Of a DNA stretch of 64,000 nucleotides, positions 24,980 to 36,400 are shown piece by piece. The stretch is from Euprymna scolopes (Eukaryota). The stretch's first letter is position 1; every line of letters begins with the position of its first letter. The stretch lies in assembly GCA_053919585.1 (NCBI GenBank), contig CM132797.1; one strand, 5' to 3'. The notes under the pieces are model-generated. The model worked only from the letters and a program-made list of their open reading frames with translations, was not told where the DNA came from and searched no databases. Both the position numbers and the translations under genes were made by a program.

Positions 24980-27900
24980 CCTTAATATGTTCAACGCCGA
25001 GTAACTTAGAGAATTGTTAAACAGTTCCGATTGAAATTGTAGTCCATGGTTTTTCATGAGGACCTGGGGTACACCGAAATTCGCTTTCCAGTTAGTGAGT
25101 ATAGTTTTCATTACAGTGGTGGCTGAGGTATCTTTGATTGGGACAGCCACCGGCCATCTGGAAAATCGGTCTACGACTGTTAACAGGTACTGGTATCCCT
25201 GGCATGGTGGGAATGGTCTGATGATGTCTACATGAACGTTCGAAAAGCATGCATCTGGAGCGACGAATGCTCTGATTGGTGATTTGGTGTGCTTGAGGAT
25301 CTTGCATTTTTGACATTCTATATATGCAGAGGTCCACTTCCTGACGTCTACGTTCATGTTAGGCCAGACGAAACGATCAGCTATGATTTTAAGTGTTGCT
25401 TGCTTGCTGAGATGAGAAAAGTTGGAGTTGGTCGAATACTCTCTTCTGAAGAGACGGAGGAATGTATGGTCGTGGCTTTTAACATTTTATCACTGAACGC
25501 AATGAGTTTTGCTTTAGAACGTCAGGTTGAGTTGGTGTTTTGTTTGTCGGCGATCAGGTCCTGACTCGATAAGTTCTCATCCGTTGACGTACGTTCTAGA
25601 CAATGTATCGGCGACCGTATTGAGTTTTCAACTGACATGCCGTATATCCGTGCTAAATTGAGATATATAGTCCAGGTGGCGTGTCTCACGGGATGCGTAT
25701 CTGTCTGCGCTCACATTCATTGTCTTGGTGATTGGTTTATGATCGGTATAGACGGTGAAATTCCTCCCCCTCTAGATGTCGAAAATGTTGTATGGATAAG
25801 TAAATTGCCAGGAGTTCACAGAAGAAAGTGCTGTATCTCCTCTGGGCGCTTGTTAGCTTAGTCGAAAAGAAAGCTATCTGTTTCCGTTCAGCGTTCACCA
25901 GTTGTTCTACGACTGCTCCTACTCTGACGTCAGATGCATCTGTTCTGAGGAAGATTTTGGTGTTTGGGTCGTTCTCTGTGAATGAAAGTCTTGTGAAATT
26001 GACCAGGGTTGTCTTCGCTGTTTCAAAGGCTTGTAGGGCATCTCCTTCGAGTGTAACTTTCCTATTCTTCTGCTCGATTATGTTCGTTAAAGGCGAAAGT
26101 ATGGTAGAGCAGTTGGAAATAAACCTCCGCTAGAAATTTATCGACGAAATGCCTTATTTGTCTTGTCAATGTCGGCGTTGGGATTCCCTGATCACATCGA
26201 TCTTGTCAGCCAGAGGGGTGATTCCATTTTCATTGATGCGATGACCCAGGAAATTCACAGTGGGTGCTCCACAAATGCATTTCTCAATGTTTATGTGTCG
26301 ACCATAGTGGGATAATCTCTGGCGGATCTCGTCCAGGTGCTTCCTATGGGTGTACTCATTTTCACTGGCTACTAAAATGTCGATATAGGTGTATGCAAAG
26401 GAGAGGCCATGCAGTACCTCATCCATAAACCTTTGGAAGGTCTGGGGCGCATTCCTGAGTCCAAATGACATCTTGACGTACACAAACAGGCCAAAAGGAG
26501 TAGTGACGGCTGTCTTAGGGATGTCCTCAGGGCCTACTGGGATTTGTTGGTAGGTTTTTATAAGATCGATTTTGGAAAAAACCCGTGTGCCTTGAAGTCT
26601 TGGTGCGAAACCATGGATATGTGGCACCGGATATCGGTTGGGGGTAGTTAAAGCATTAAGCCATCTTTAATCCACGCATATTGGAAAATCTGTACCACCA
26701 AGTTTCAGTACAAGATGTAGAGACGAGGCATATGGGCTATTAGACAGTCGAATCATGCCTTCCTTTAGCATCTTGTCAAACTCCCATTTAGCAAAATTGT
26801 ATTTGTGTTGGGACAGTCGTCATGGATGTGAAAATGTTGACTGGCCCAGGGTCTTGATGAAGTGTTGCATCTGGTGTTTCACTGCATCAGCAGTTGTTAT
26901 CGGCTGTGTAATTTCAGAATATCTTGCCAAAATTTTAGTGTATTCCGTTCTGTCATGAGTTGCAAGACTGATCCCAGTTATATTTAACCACAACAAAGTT
27001 CCTACGACGTTGATGTTTGTTGTATTGTCTATAAGAGTTCTGGAGTGCATGTGGACAGACATTAAAATGTGCTAGGAAGTCTGCGCCGAGGATCGGTGTT
27101 CTGACGTTTACTTGGGTGAAGGTCCAGGTAAACTCGCATCGCATGCCGATGTTGAGGGTTAACGTTTTGGTATAGTACGTATCAATCGTAGAACCATTCG
27201 CTGCCTGGAGTTTGAATAAGGTGGCTTTTGCATGCCTTTTGTCCGTTGGGAGTATGATGCTTATTGCTACACCAGTATCCACCAAAAACCTCATGCTGTT
27301 TTGTCTATCAAAGATGAAAAAGAGGCAACATAGCGTGTCTTTACTGGTGGATTTTGCCGTTTTTATCCACAGGCTAGTTTCTCGAATTGGATTTGGTTGT
27401 GGCTTGTTTGCAGGGTGGCCTGCATTTTCTTGTGGACGGTCCGGTGATACCAGCATAGGTCCGGATTCTGCTACCAATCTCTGCTCATACTTCACCTGCG
27501 TGGGCATCTGTTGTCGTAGTAGGGCTCTGGAGTCCTTGAACGGTGCTGTAAAAGCAGTCGCATGTCCTGGAGTTGTTGCTGCAACTCGGCCAATATCTTC
27601 TTTAGGTTGCTGTGGTTGAGGGGCGTGCAGTTTTGCTCATGGACTGCATATATGCTTTGATCCAACTTTGCAGATATTCGGTCCGCCGAATCGGCTAGCT
27701 GGTCCAATGGTGTGCTATCTTGCATGAGTGCCAGGATTTGTGTCACTGTGGAGGGTAATTTGTCCATTCATAGGCCACACAGAATGGAATCAGCCATGGA
27801 GTGTTTGCCGAGTTGGCTCCTCATGAACCGCAGGAGCTGTCACACGGTTCGGTCTCCTCTGGTAATGTGGGTGAACAGTTCCCTGAGTGGGTCTTCGTTG

Positions 27901-28209
27901 ATCGTCCGGTACATTTGAGTATGGCGTTTTTCAAGCTGGTGTATGGATCATGGTCAGGAACGTTTGAGTATGTTGGCCACTTTGTCGACAACAGCGGGAG
28001 GTAATGTCTGGACCACGTTAACAAATTTTGATTGCTCGGACGTGATCCATCTGTGAAAATTGCCTCAAGCTCAAGGAACCAATTCTTCGTGTGGTAAATG
28101 CGTTAGGGCACAGCAATGCTGATGGAGGGATCATAGTGTTATCGCTAGCCATCTTGATTGATTGAACAACTCATGTTGGATTAATCACTTGTTGCGGGCC
28201 TATAGGTGT

Positions 28210-28543
28210 TGTAACTGCCGACCACTTCAAGGAAAAGAAAACGCCTCGACTGATGTTAATAAATTTATTGAACACCGTGAAAACTGAAAAGGAAAATATA
28301 GCATTGAACAAATGAAACAAAATGAATACATTTCAATATCAAATTGACAAGGAAATTTAGTGAGTTCTTGGAATGAAGTGAGAGTGTCACATACCATGTT
28401 GTCTCTCCGGGGTCGGCAGTCAAAAGGGGTCTGAAGTAGTTTTTTGCCCCTTTCCCCACTACCGCCTGAGTCCGCAGTAAATAAGGGGACGGCAACAATT
28501 GGTCAATAAAGGATTGGAAAAGGGGCTATTAGCGGCAGCTACA
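28210..28543 (-). repeat. BEL 3' LTR
   Basis: TGTAACTGCC...GCAGCTACA; duplicate at 42453-42786. Confidence 0.95.
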
Positions 28544-28716
28544 CTCCCACCAAATTGCCATCGAATATTGATGAGCCGTTACTGAACGATGACAATTTTA
28601 TTACAATATCAATATAATTGCTACTCTTTTACTATATTCATTGTATTTATGTATCGTTATTGTCTACTAGCACAACTAACTTATGGATTGGACGATCAAT
28701 GCAGCTTTCAGCAGAT

Positions 28717-30054
28717 TCAACTTTTTGACCCATCTTGACCCAGTTGGAGTTTAACTTTACGCACCAAACCGTCTTTGTCCTTTGTTGCCTCCACCACCTT
28801 AGCCATTTTCCATTCATTCCGAGGGAGATTATCTTCCTTTATGAGTACAATGTCTCCAATTTTTATATTTCTTCTGATTGCATGCCATCGTTGTCTGGTG
28901 CTTATGTTAGCCAGGTATTCTTTACGCCATCGGTTCCAGAACTGTTCAACGAGGTACTGAACTCGGTGCCATCTCTTCCTAGCATACAAGTCTTCCTTTA
29001 AGAAATTACCAGGTGGTGGAAGTGGTTTAGTTGTCTTCATTTGTATTAAATGGTTTGGTGTTAGGGGTTCGAGACTCTTAGGGTCATTAATTGTGTCTAC
29101 TGTGAGTGGACGACTGTTCACTATTGCCATTGCTTCATACAGAAATGTTCTTAGGGTGAAATCATCCAGTCTACCCGTGGCTGAAGCTAATACAGTGCTC
29201 ATTACGCCTTTTACTGTGCGTATTTGGCGCTCCCATACACCACCCATATGGCTAGCCCCAGGCACGTTTATTTTGAAGTCGCATTGCTTCTCAGCGAGAA
29301 ACCTTGCTACTCTGTCGTGATCCAATTCTGCGATGCCCTTTTCAAGCTGACACTTTCCGCCTACAAAATTGGTTCTTTGGTCGCATCGTATTTGTCTTAC
29401 TGCACCTCTCAGGGCTATAAAACATCTCAATGCGTTTAGAAAGGCATCAGTAGAGAGGTCTTCGAGCATTTCTAGATGGACGGCTCTGGAACTAAGACAT
29501 GTGAACAGGAGGCCATACCTCTTTATGTCCTTCCGACCGTTGGGTGAGATTGTTGATGTTGCTAGTGCACTAGCATGCAACCGAGTTTGTGTTCTTTCCG
29601 AGCTCCTTTCAGTTTGATTTAAAGCATGAAGGGAGGAAATTGGATTGCATGCTATTCGTGCTTCCTCCGACACAAAATCAGAAAATTCCTCAAAGCTTGG
29701 GTATGGCATGTTCTTATCTAAGGCCCTAGTGACATACCTATTCCAACGGTCTGTGACCCAACCAGGAAGTTTACGAAGTAGCTTTTGATTTTCTTCGCAG
29801 TCGTTCAGTACCTGCAGACCGGATATGTGTGGCATTGCACTGCTGCATGTTATAAGGAAGTCGCTGAAGTCCCTGAGCTTGAAGGATTCCCTAGGTCCGA
29901 TTCTTGGCCACCCTTTGAGCTTTTCTCTAAATGCTCTTTGGATGACAAAGGGATGCCCATAGCGCTTCTGTAAAATATCCCAAGCTTGAGTATATGCCTC
30001 TTCATCTGTCCGATAGAACATACCCTGTAATGCTGAAAAAGTTTCACTGCCCAC
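28717..30054 (-). pseudogene. BEL gag C-terminal part fused in frame to integrase
   Basis: AWDILQKRYG...EARIACNP (gag) joined to KRYGLLFTCLSSRAVHLE...CDQRTNF...GGVWER...NSRPL...LTPNHL...FWNRWRKEYL (integrase/DUF5641-type). Confidence 0.9.
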
Positions 30055-31039
30055 ATTTTTTTAAATAAAATAATTTATGTGCTGAGCTCTTACAGCTCTC
30101 TTCTATCAATGATTTGAAGGTGGTGCTCCATTCAACAAATTCAAGTGGATCTCCTTTAAAAACGGATGGTTCTGGTGTGGGGAGTTTGGATATCAGTAAG
30201 GACTCCCTTAATACCTTAACAAGTGCATCCTCTCTTTCAATTTTGGGTGTGATTGGGCCACAGGCTGTCTGGAGGGTCTTACTTCTGGTTTTACTGAGGA
30301 TAGATTCGTCTACCTGCAAAGCATCTTCCCCTTCGGACTTCTCCAGTATATTGCTGCCATCTGCTTCCGCATAAGCGTTGTACTCTGCCGCAATTATTTC
30401 CAGGTCCCTTTGGTTTTCAAGCTCTCTGAGGGTTTCCTTTAATTTGGAGATTTCCTGATTTCGCTGGATTTCCACTTGCTTAGAAGCCAGGCGTGCAGCT
30501 GCCTCAGCCTTTCTCAGCGATATTTGTGAACTTTGGCCAGAGCTTCGACTCAGTCTGGAAACAGTGGAGCCATAAACTGACCTAGCATCTTTTCTCTGTA
30601 ACAAGTTCGAGAGAGATTTTTTAACTCCAGCAGGATCGAACACTTCTTCCGAATACCGTTCCTCAATAAGTGATATTACTTCAGAGGTTACCGAAGTACA
30701 TGTGTCCATTTTCCTCCTTATGTCTGGAAGTGGTGAAGTTAATTTTCGTACACCTTCATAGGCTTGTTCCACTGTTCTCCAGTTTTCTTCATAAATCTGG
30801 GTGAAATTCTCTAATTGCTGCATTGAGCACTCTGATTTGAGCTTTATCCTGACAAAGCTCACATCGTCCTTAAACCTAGAATAAACATTGATAAACTCCC
30901 TTTCTTTCTTAGTTGTTTCCTCTCTTTGGAAATCCATTTTTTCTGTCTGGTATCTTTGTCGTCCAGACCGCCTTACTTCTTGAGATTGTGTCTCCTGGGG
31001 ATCTGCATTATTGACTTCAGACAGCTTTGAATGTTCCAT
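30044..31039 (-). pseudogene. BEL gag N-terminal part
   Basis: VRRSGRQR...; LPTPEPSVFKGDPLEFVEW...KLFYLKK, then a frameshift into the downstream ORF. Confidence 0.88.
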
Positions 31040-31357
31040 ATTAGAGTTGAAGGGAGTTTAGATGTTGAATGGTTAAAGGGAGAAAACTCACTAATTATTG
31101 AAATTAATAAGTGACAAGTGTGCGTCGGTTGATGAAGTCAATCCTTCTAGACTGGGACACACCCTTTTTTTTTTTTTTTAAACAGGAAGGAAGGAACGAC
31201 TATGCTCAAGACCGTCTTAAAAGACAAGATGGCCGGTGGGCAAAAATAATTTAATCTGCTGACGTCATCACGGATAGTCCATACCGGTGACACCGGTAGT
31301 CACCGGTAGGCATTCGTAACGTCTTGAAGTCAGTGTAATATTTCTTTTTTTATTAAA

Positions 31358-31508
31358 ATGCCTTCACGGTGCATCGTTCCAACTTGCTGAGGAAATTATC
31401 GTAAAGGACCAAAAAGTGACAGTATTTTCATTTCCGAAAGATAAAGAATTATAATGCAGTAAAAAAAAAAAAAAAGATTTTACACCATCTCCATTCAGCA
31501 AAGTAAGT
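31358..31508 (+). pseudogene. THAP zinc-finger relic (P-element/THAP9-like transposon), exon-like
   Basis: Manual translation MPSRCIVPTC*GNYRKGPK/VTVFSFPKDKEL...FTPSPFSK followed by a GTAAGT donor. Weak inverted similarity (aagatggccgg...tgacgtcatc) between ~31225-31270 and ~33410-33445. Confidence 0.7.
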
Positions 31509-31839
31509 TTTAACGTGCTCCCCCCCCCTGTATTTAACACGATGTAACTATAATTTAATTCAATATTATCATCCTAAATGTTCTACCATTCAAAAGAAGA
31601 AGCTTCAAATAAATTGCTAATATTAAAAAAAAATTTTCTTACAGCATACAAAACTAATGAAAATGCGAGACAACATCGACTCTTTAAAACACGATTTTTT
31701 TAAGCTGTTGACACACGTTTTATAAATCTAACAAAAATTAATTTTCCTGACATTTTTCAATATTTAAAAATAAATTATGCCGGCTGATAAAATTTTTAAA
31801 CTTTTTTTTAAAGCTAGAAAGATAAAATTTAAAAATACT

Positions 31840-31893
<54 letters not shown>

Positions 31894-32160
31894 CTAAACT
31901 AAAAAAATAAAAAAAAAAAACACGCGTTCACTCGTGGTCTTAAACAGTCTTGGCCTTCGGGACCAGATCAAAGTGTAGTATCTGTCCTCCAGATGCTGCA
32001 TTCTATTTCTTGTTCTCTTTCGGTGGAGGAGAAATCCTTCACGACTGAGACAATTTTTATTTTTGTACCTTTTCTCCACGTTAAAAAACGACCCTGGTGT
32101 CTAACTCTGTCCCGTGGGGAGGCATAGTAAATAAGTACAATTCATTTCATTAACGTAATT

Positions 32161-32747
32161 GGGTTTGTATTACTGTACACATAGATTCGAAAAAGTTGTC
32201 AAAAACAAATATATAACAAATAAATGTTATCAAAGGCAAGATAAGTTACTTTTCTACCAAATATTTTTCGTGTTTTTATTCAATGTAACATGTTTATTCA
32301 GCTCGAAAAACATAGTGTTTACCGATGTATTCGAAAATTCAAGATGGCGTCTGATTCTCTCTTTAACACGGTAAGTTTGGGATAAGGTGTTATAAATAAA
32401 AAACTATACAACATACTATTAAAAACCCGCCGAATATATGTCAACCTATGTCACGGTAACATATATTGAGCGAGTTTTTAACAGTATTTTATCCGGTTTT
32501 GTATTTATAACACCTTTTCCCAAACTTACCGTGTTAAAGAGAGAATCAGACGCCATCTGGAATTTTCGAATACATCGGTAAACACTATGTTTTTCGAGCT
32601 GAATAAACATGTTACATTGAATAAAAACACGAAAAATATATCCAGTTTGGCAGAAAAGTAACTTATCTTGCCTTTGATAACATTTATTTGTTATATATTT
32701 GTTTTTTGACAACTTTTTCGAATCTATGTGTACAGTAATACAAACCC
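32161..32747. mobile_element. Foldback MITE, 587-bp near-perfect palindrome, Merlin-type ends
   Basis: Arms of ~285 bp starting GGGTTTGTATTACTGTACACATAG. Flanked by ACGTAATT and ACGTATTT (8-bp TSD, 1 mismatch). Confidence 0.88.
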
Positions 32748-33471
32748 ACGTATTTTAACAAACTGAAAATATGGATATAAAAAAATGATTTTGCATGTTA
32801 TTTTTGTTATGTGGTGAAATAATCTTAAATAAGAAACATGATTTTTTCTTTAGGTTAATTTTTTTCATGTATTTATTAAAAATATTGTTTTTGATTTTGA
32901 AAAAATATTGTGGTTCATTTTTGATTAAAAAATATTCATTTTGATTAAAAAATATTCATTTTGATTTAAAAAAAAGTTTAATTTTAATATTTGTTTATTG
33001 TCTTAACTCATATCAAATGTTTTGCTTGTGTTCTGCTTCAAATATTCATAATCTTACATGCATAATTTTCATTTAATTATATTAAATAAACTTCAAGTTT
33101 ATTTCAAATCAAATCGTGTTCCTTCACTTTTTTAAAATGTAATTTATAAGTAATTAAAGAACGCATTCTAATCTTTAAAATCTATAATACAACGAAATAT
33201 TCAATTGCTTATAATATACTTAAACAAATAACTTGTGTTTTTTTTTATTTTTTTATTATTAATATTAGATGAGTTTCAGTATAAATCGTGTTCTTTCTTT
33301 ATTTCTTTATTTTAATCCAATTTTTAAGTTTTGTAACGCTGTCTGTAAAAATTACTGTTCATTATTGACAGTCTAAGAGTTCCACATATCTTGCTTGTTG
33401 GGACCTCGGCGATGACGTCATTTTTTCAGCTGGCCGGCCATCTTTATAACGAAGGCCACGCTATGCTAGAC

Positions 33472-36400
33472 CAGGGGTCGGCAACCTTTTGTTTAGCGTG
33501 TGCCGACTTAGGGTTTCAAATTATTCAGCGTGCCAACATTTATTATTTATAACGATCAAGGTCAATATACCTGTTCTCTATATTTATTTCATAAAATATA
33601 TAATAATGTCAAAGTTTATAAATAATGTGAAAAAACTGTTTCTGAAAAGTTTTTATTATTAATGGGACCCTTGTCCTTGCATGGTCTTTGCCAATTCCTC
33701 AATGTCGGGAACATACTTTGTAACTTTGAGCTTAACACAGTTTTCTGAATGTTCAGGTGTTAGACGACTTCGACGTGGAGACAACACTGCTTTCATGTGA
33801 GAGAAAATTTGCTCACAAGAATAAGTTGAACCAAAAGCTGAGAGAAGAGCAAAAGCAATTTTCTTCAAACAGATGAATGAGCTTGGGAGGGAGATCCAAC
33901 AGTTCAGAATAGCACCAGACTTTTCAAAATTTTCATCTTCCAGAGACTTTCTTAGTTCAGCAAATTTTAATGTCCATATTTCTGAAGACCTAAATTCAAT
34001 CTGTTGCATTTCAAAATCATCAATGTCCATCCAGCTAAAAAGTTCCAGTTGGGCATTTGTCAAATCAAGCATGTCGGGCTTAATCAGATATGAAAATAAG
34101 GATCCATGAATGTAGAAGTCCTGGCTTCGTTTTTCGAATTCTGCTTTGAGTGCTTTCACGTACTCCTGAAGCTCATCTGTGTTCACTTCGAATTGATTTG
34201 CATGATTTTTCACATTTGGAAAGTACTTAAATGCTTTGATGTTGATGTCACGGGTAAAAATGTCAAGTTTCATTGTAAACGCTTTCCAATAGCTGAAAAG
34301 ATCAAGGACTGTTTGTCCCTGTCCTTGTAATTTCAAATTAAGCTCATTCAAATGTGTGTTTATGTCGGTCATAAACATCAACTTCAACAACCAGCTTTCA
34401 TCATTCAGCTGAGGGAATCGTTTCTGTTTTTCATCAAGAAACATCTTAATAGCCTCAAGACAACAAACAAATCTAGCTAAAACTTTGCCTCGACTAAGCC
34501 AGCGAACATTGTTGTATAACAGAAGATCTCCATATTCACACTCAACTTCTTGTAGAAGCGATTTGAATTGCCTGTGAACCAATGAAGAGCGAGAAATAAG
34601 AAAGTTGATTATCTCAACAACAGTTTTCATCACAGAGACCAAATCCAAAGACGAGGTCTTTGCACATAAGCCCTCCTGATGTATAATACAATGAAAACTT
34701 AACAGTTTGCGTCCAACATGATTTTCCAGAAGTTTTACAAATCCTTTCTTCTTGCCAACCATTGCAGCAGCACCATCGGTTGTTACGCAGAATAATTTGT
34801 TCAAGTTAATGTCTTGTTTAGAAAAATAACCAGTAAATGCACACAAAATATCTTCTGCTTTGGTTGTATCATGAAGGGGTAATAAACAACACAACTCCTC
34901 ATAAATGTGATTATTCTCGAGATATCTTGCAACCACTGCTAGGCGAGACGCATCGTTTACATCGGTGCTTTCATCAAGAGCGACACTAAATACAAGGGAT
35001 TGCTTTAATCCAGTTGTTTGCTTAGTTGTCACATTTTCAGCCAAGTCAGATATGCGCCTCTCAACTGATCTTGCAGAGACTGGTATTTCTCTAATTCGAG
35101 AGAGTATAATGTCCTTATTTTTTAAATCACGAAACAAAACTTCAGCACCACTCAAAAAAGCTTCTTTGATGTATTCACCATCTGTAAAAGGTTTACCATT
35201 TAAAGCCACACACTGGGCTATTTTGTAACTACATTCAGTAGCTTTACTCTTCATTCCAACAGCTTGGCTCAAAATAACAGTTTGTTTTTTGAAACCAGAA
35301 ATAGCTTTTTTGATGGCTTCACCTTTTTCTTCTGAAGTTTTAAACTTAGATTGATGTTTGGTTTGAAAGTGCCTTTGTACACTAGATGTGCGACACACAA
35401 CACTTTCGCAACAGAAAGCACAAACAGCACGATCCTTTTGTTCCACAAATCCATATTCTATTGTCCAATTGTCTTGAAATGGGCGATGATCAAGTTTTCT
35501 TTTCTTTTCAGTCATATCTAACAGCAGGGGTATTCTGAAAATATAAATAGGCCTAATTACGTAAACATCAATTATGATATATATAAAATACCAAACAAAT
35601 TATTCTTGCCTTTGCTGTGGGAGAACCAGGATACATTTTAATAAAAATTGTGGAGAAAAATTATGTACAGGGTGTCCCAGAAAAAGTCTAAAGGTTTTGA
35701 TTAGCTCGAGCTAGGATCCTATTCGTGCGTGGCATTCACAATTTTAAAAAAATATTTCATCCACGTATTCCTCCAATCATACCATTTTGTTTAGTATGAA
35801 GATGATCGAAATTGCTCATCTCTTCTAATCCCAGTTACGAGCTTGAAAATTAAAAGTACAATTTCAAGAATTTGAAAGGCAATTATACCTTATCTTGTAT
35901 TCATATTCTGACCACTGAACAATTCTGTAACTCTAGCACCCTTCCTAAATTTAACACCCCTCAATTTCAAACAGCAAATAAAATGTTTAAAACTAATAAT
36001 TTTCAAAATTTTTTTAGCTCATTGTGTTTAGGAAAGATTTTTCTTAAAGAAAAGTAAAACTTTTTAAAATAAAATCTCATATAATTAATTTTATCGTAAA
36101 AAATATCACAAAAAAGTCAAAGCTTCCTTACTGCGCGTGAGCGTTTTCACGTAATAGTTTCAATTTCAATTTGTAAATTTGTAAATTCTTGAAAATTTTC
36201 TATGATTTTAAAAATCGATAATTTTTTTTCTATTCATCAAATCCTTTTCATTTTTTCAGATTTTATGTAAAATTCTACGCTCTTTCGAATGGAAATAAAA
36301 TTATTTTCTGAAAAATTCATTTTCATACTTCTTTTATTTATTTTTACCCCCCCTCTGTCTAAAAGTATGAAAGTATGAATTTCTATTAAAAATTCGTCTC

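Larger units (their letters stand above)
22230..28189 (-). mobile_element. Degraded Gypsy internal region (gag-PR-RT-RH-IN), interrupted by a hAT
   Basis: gag ~28150-27490; protease FLVDTG and ILGADFL; RT FSKIDL...DIPKTAVTTPFGLF...FGLRNAPQTFQR; RNase H DAS; integrase HVDII...LTVVDRFSRWP; C-terminus DTVSIDCIKP. Many frameshifts. Confidence 0.92.

Noticed and set aside
28210-28543. LTR of the adjacent Gypsy element
   Set aside because: The PPT, the partner LTR and the TSD assign it to the BEL element.
31845-31890. (TA)n and poly-A/T tracts (also at 11360 and 40495)
   Set aside because: Ordinary microsatellites.
33659-35515. Host gene GTF2IRD2, ZBED8 or EPM2AIP1
   Set aside because: The ORF lies between TIRs with a TSD, so it is a transposon ORF.
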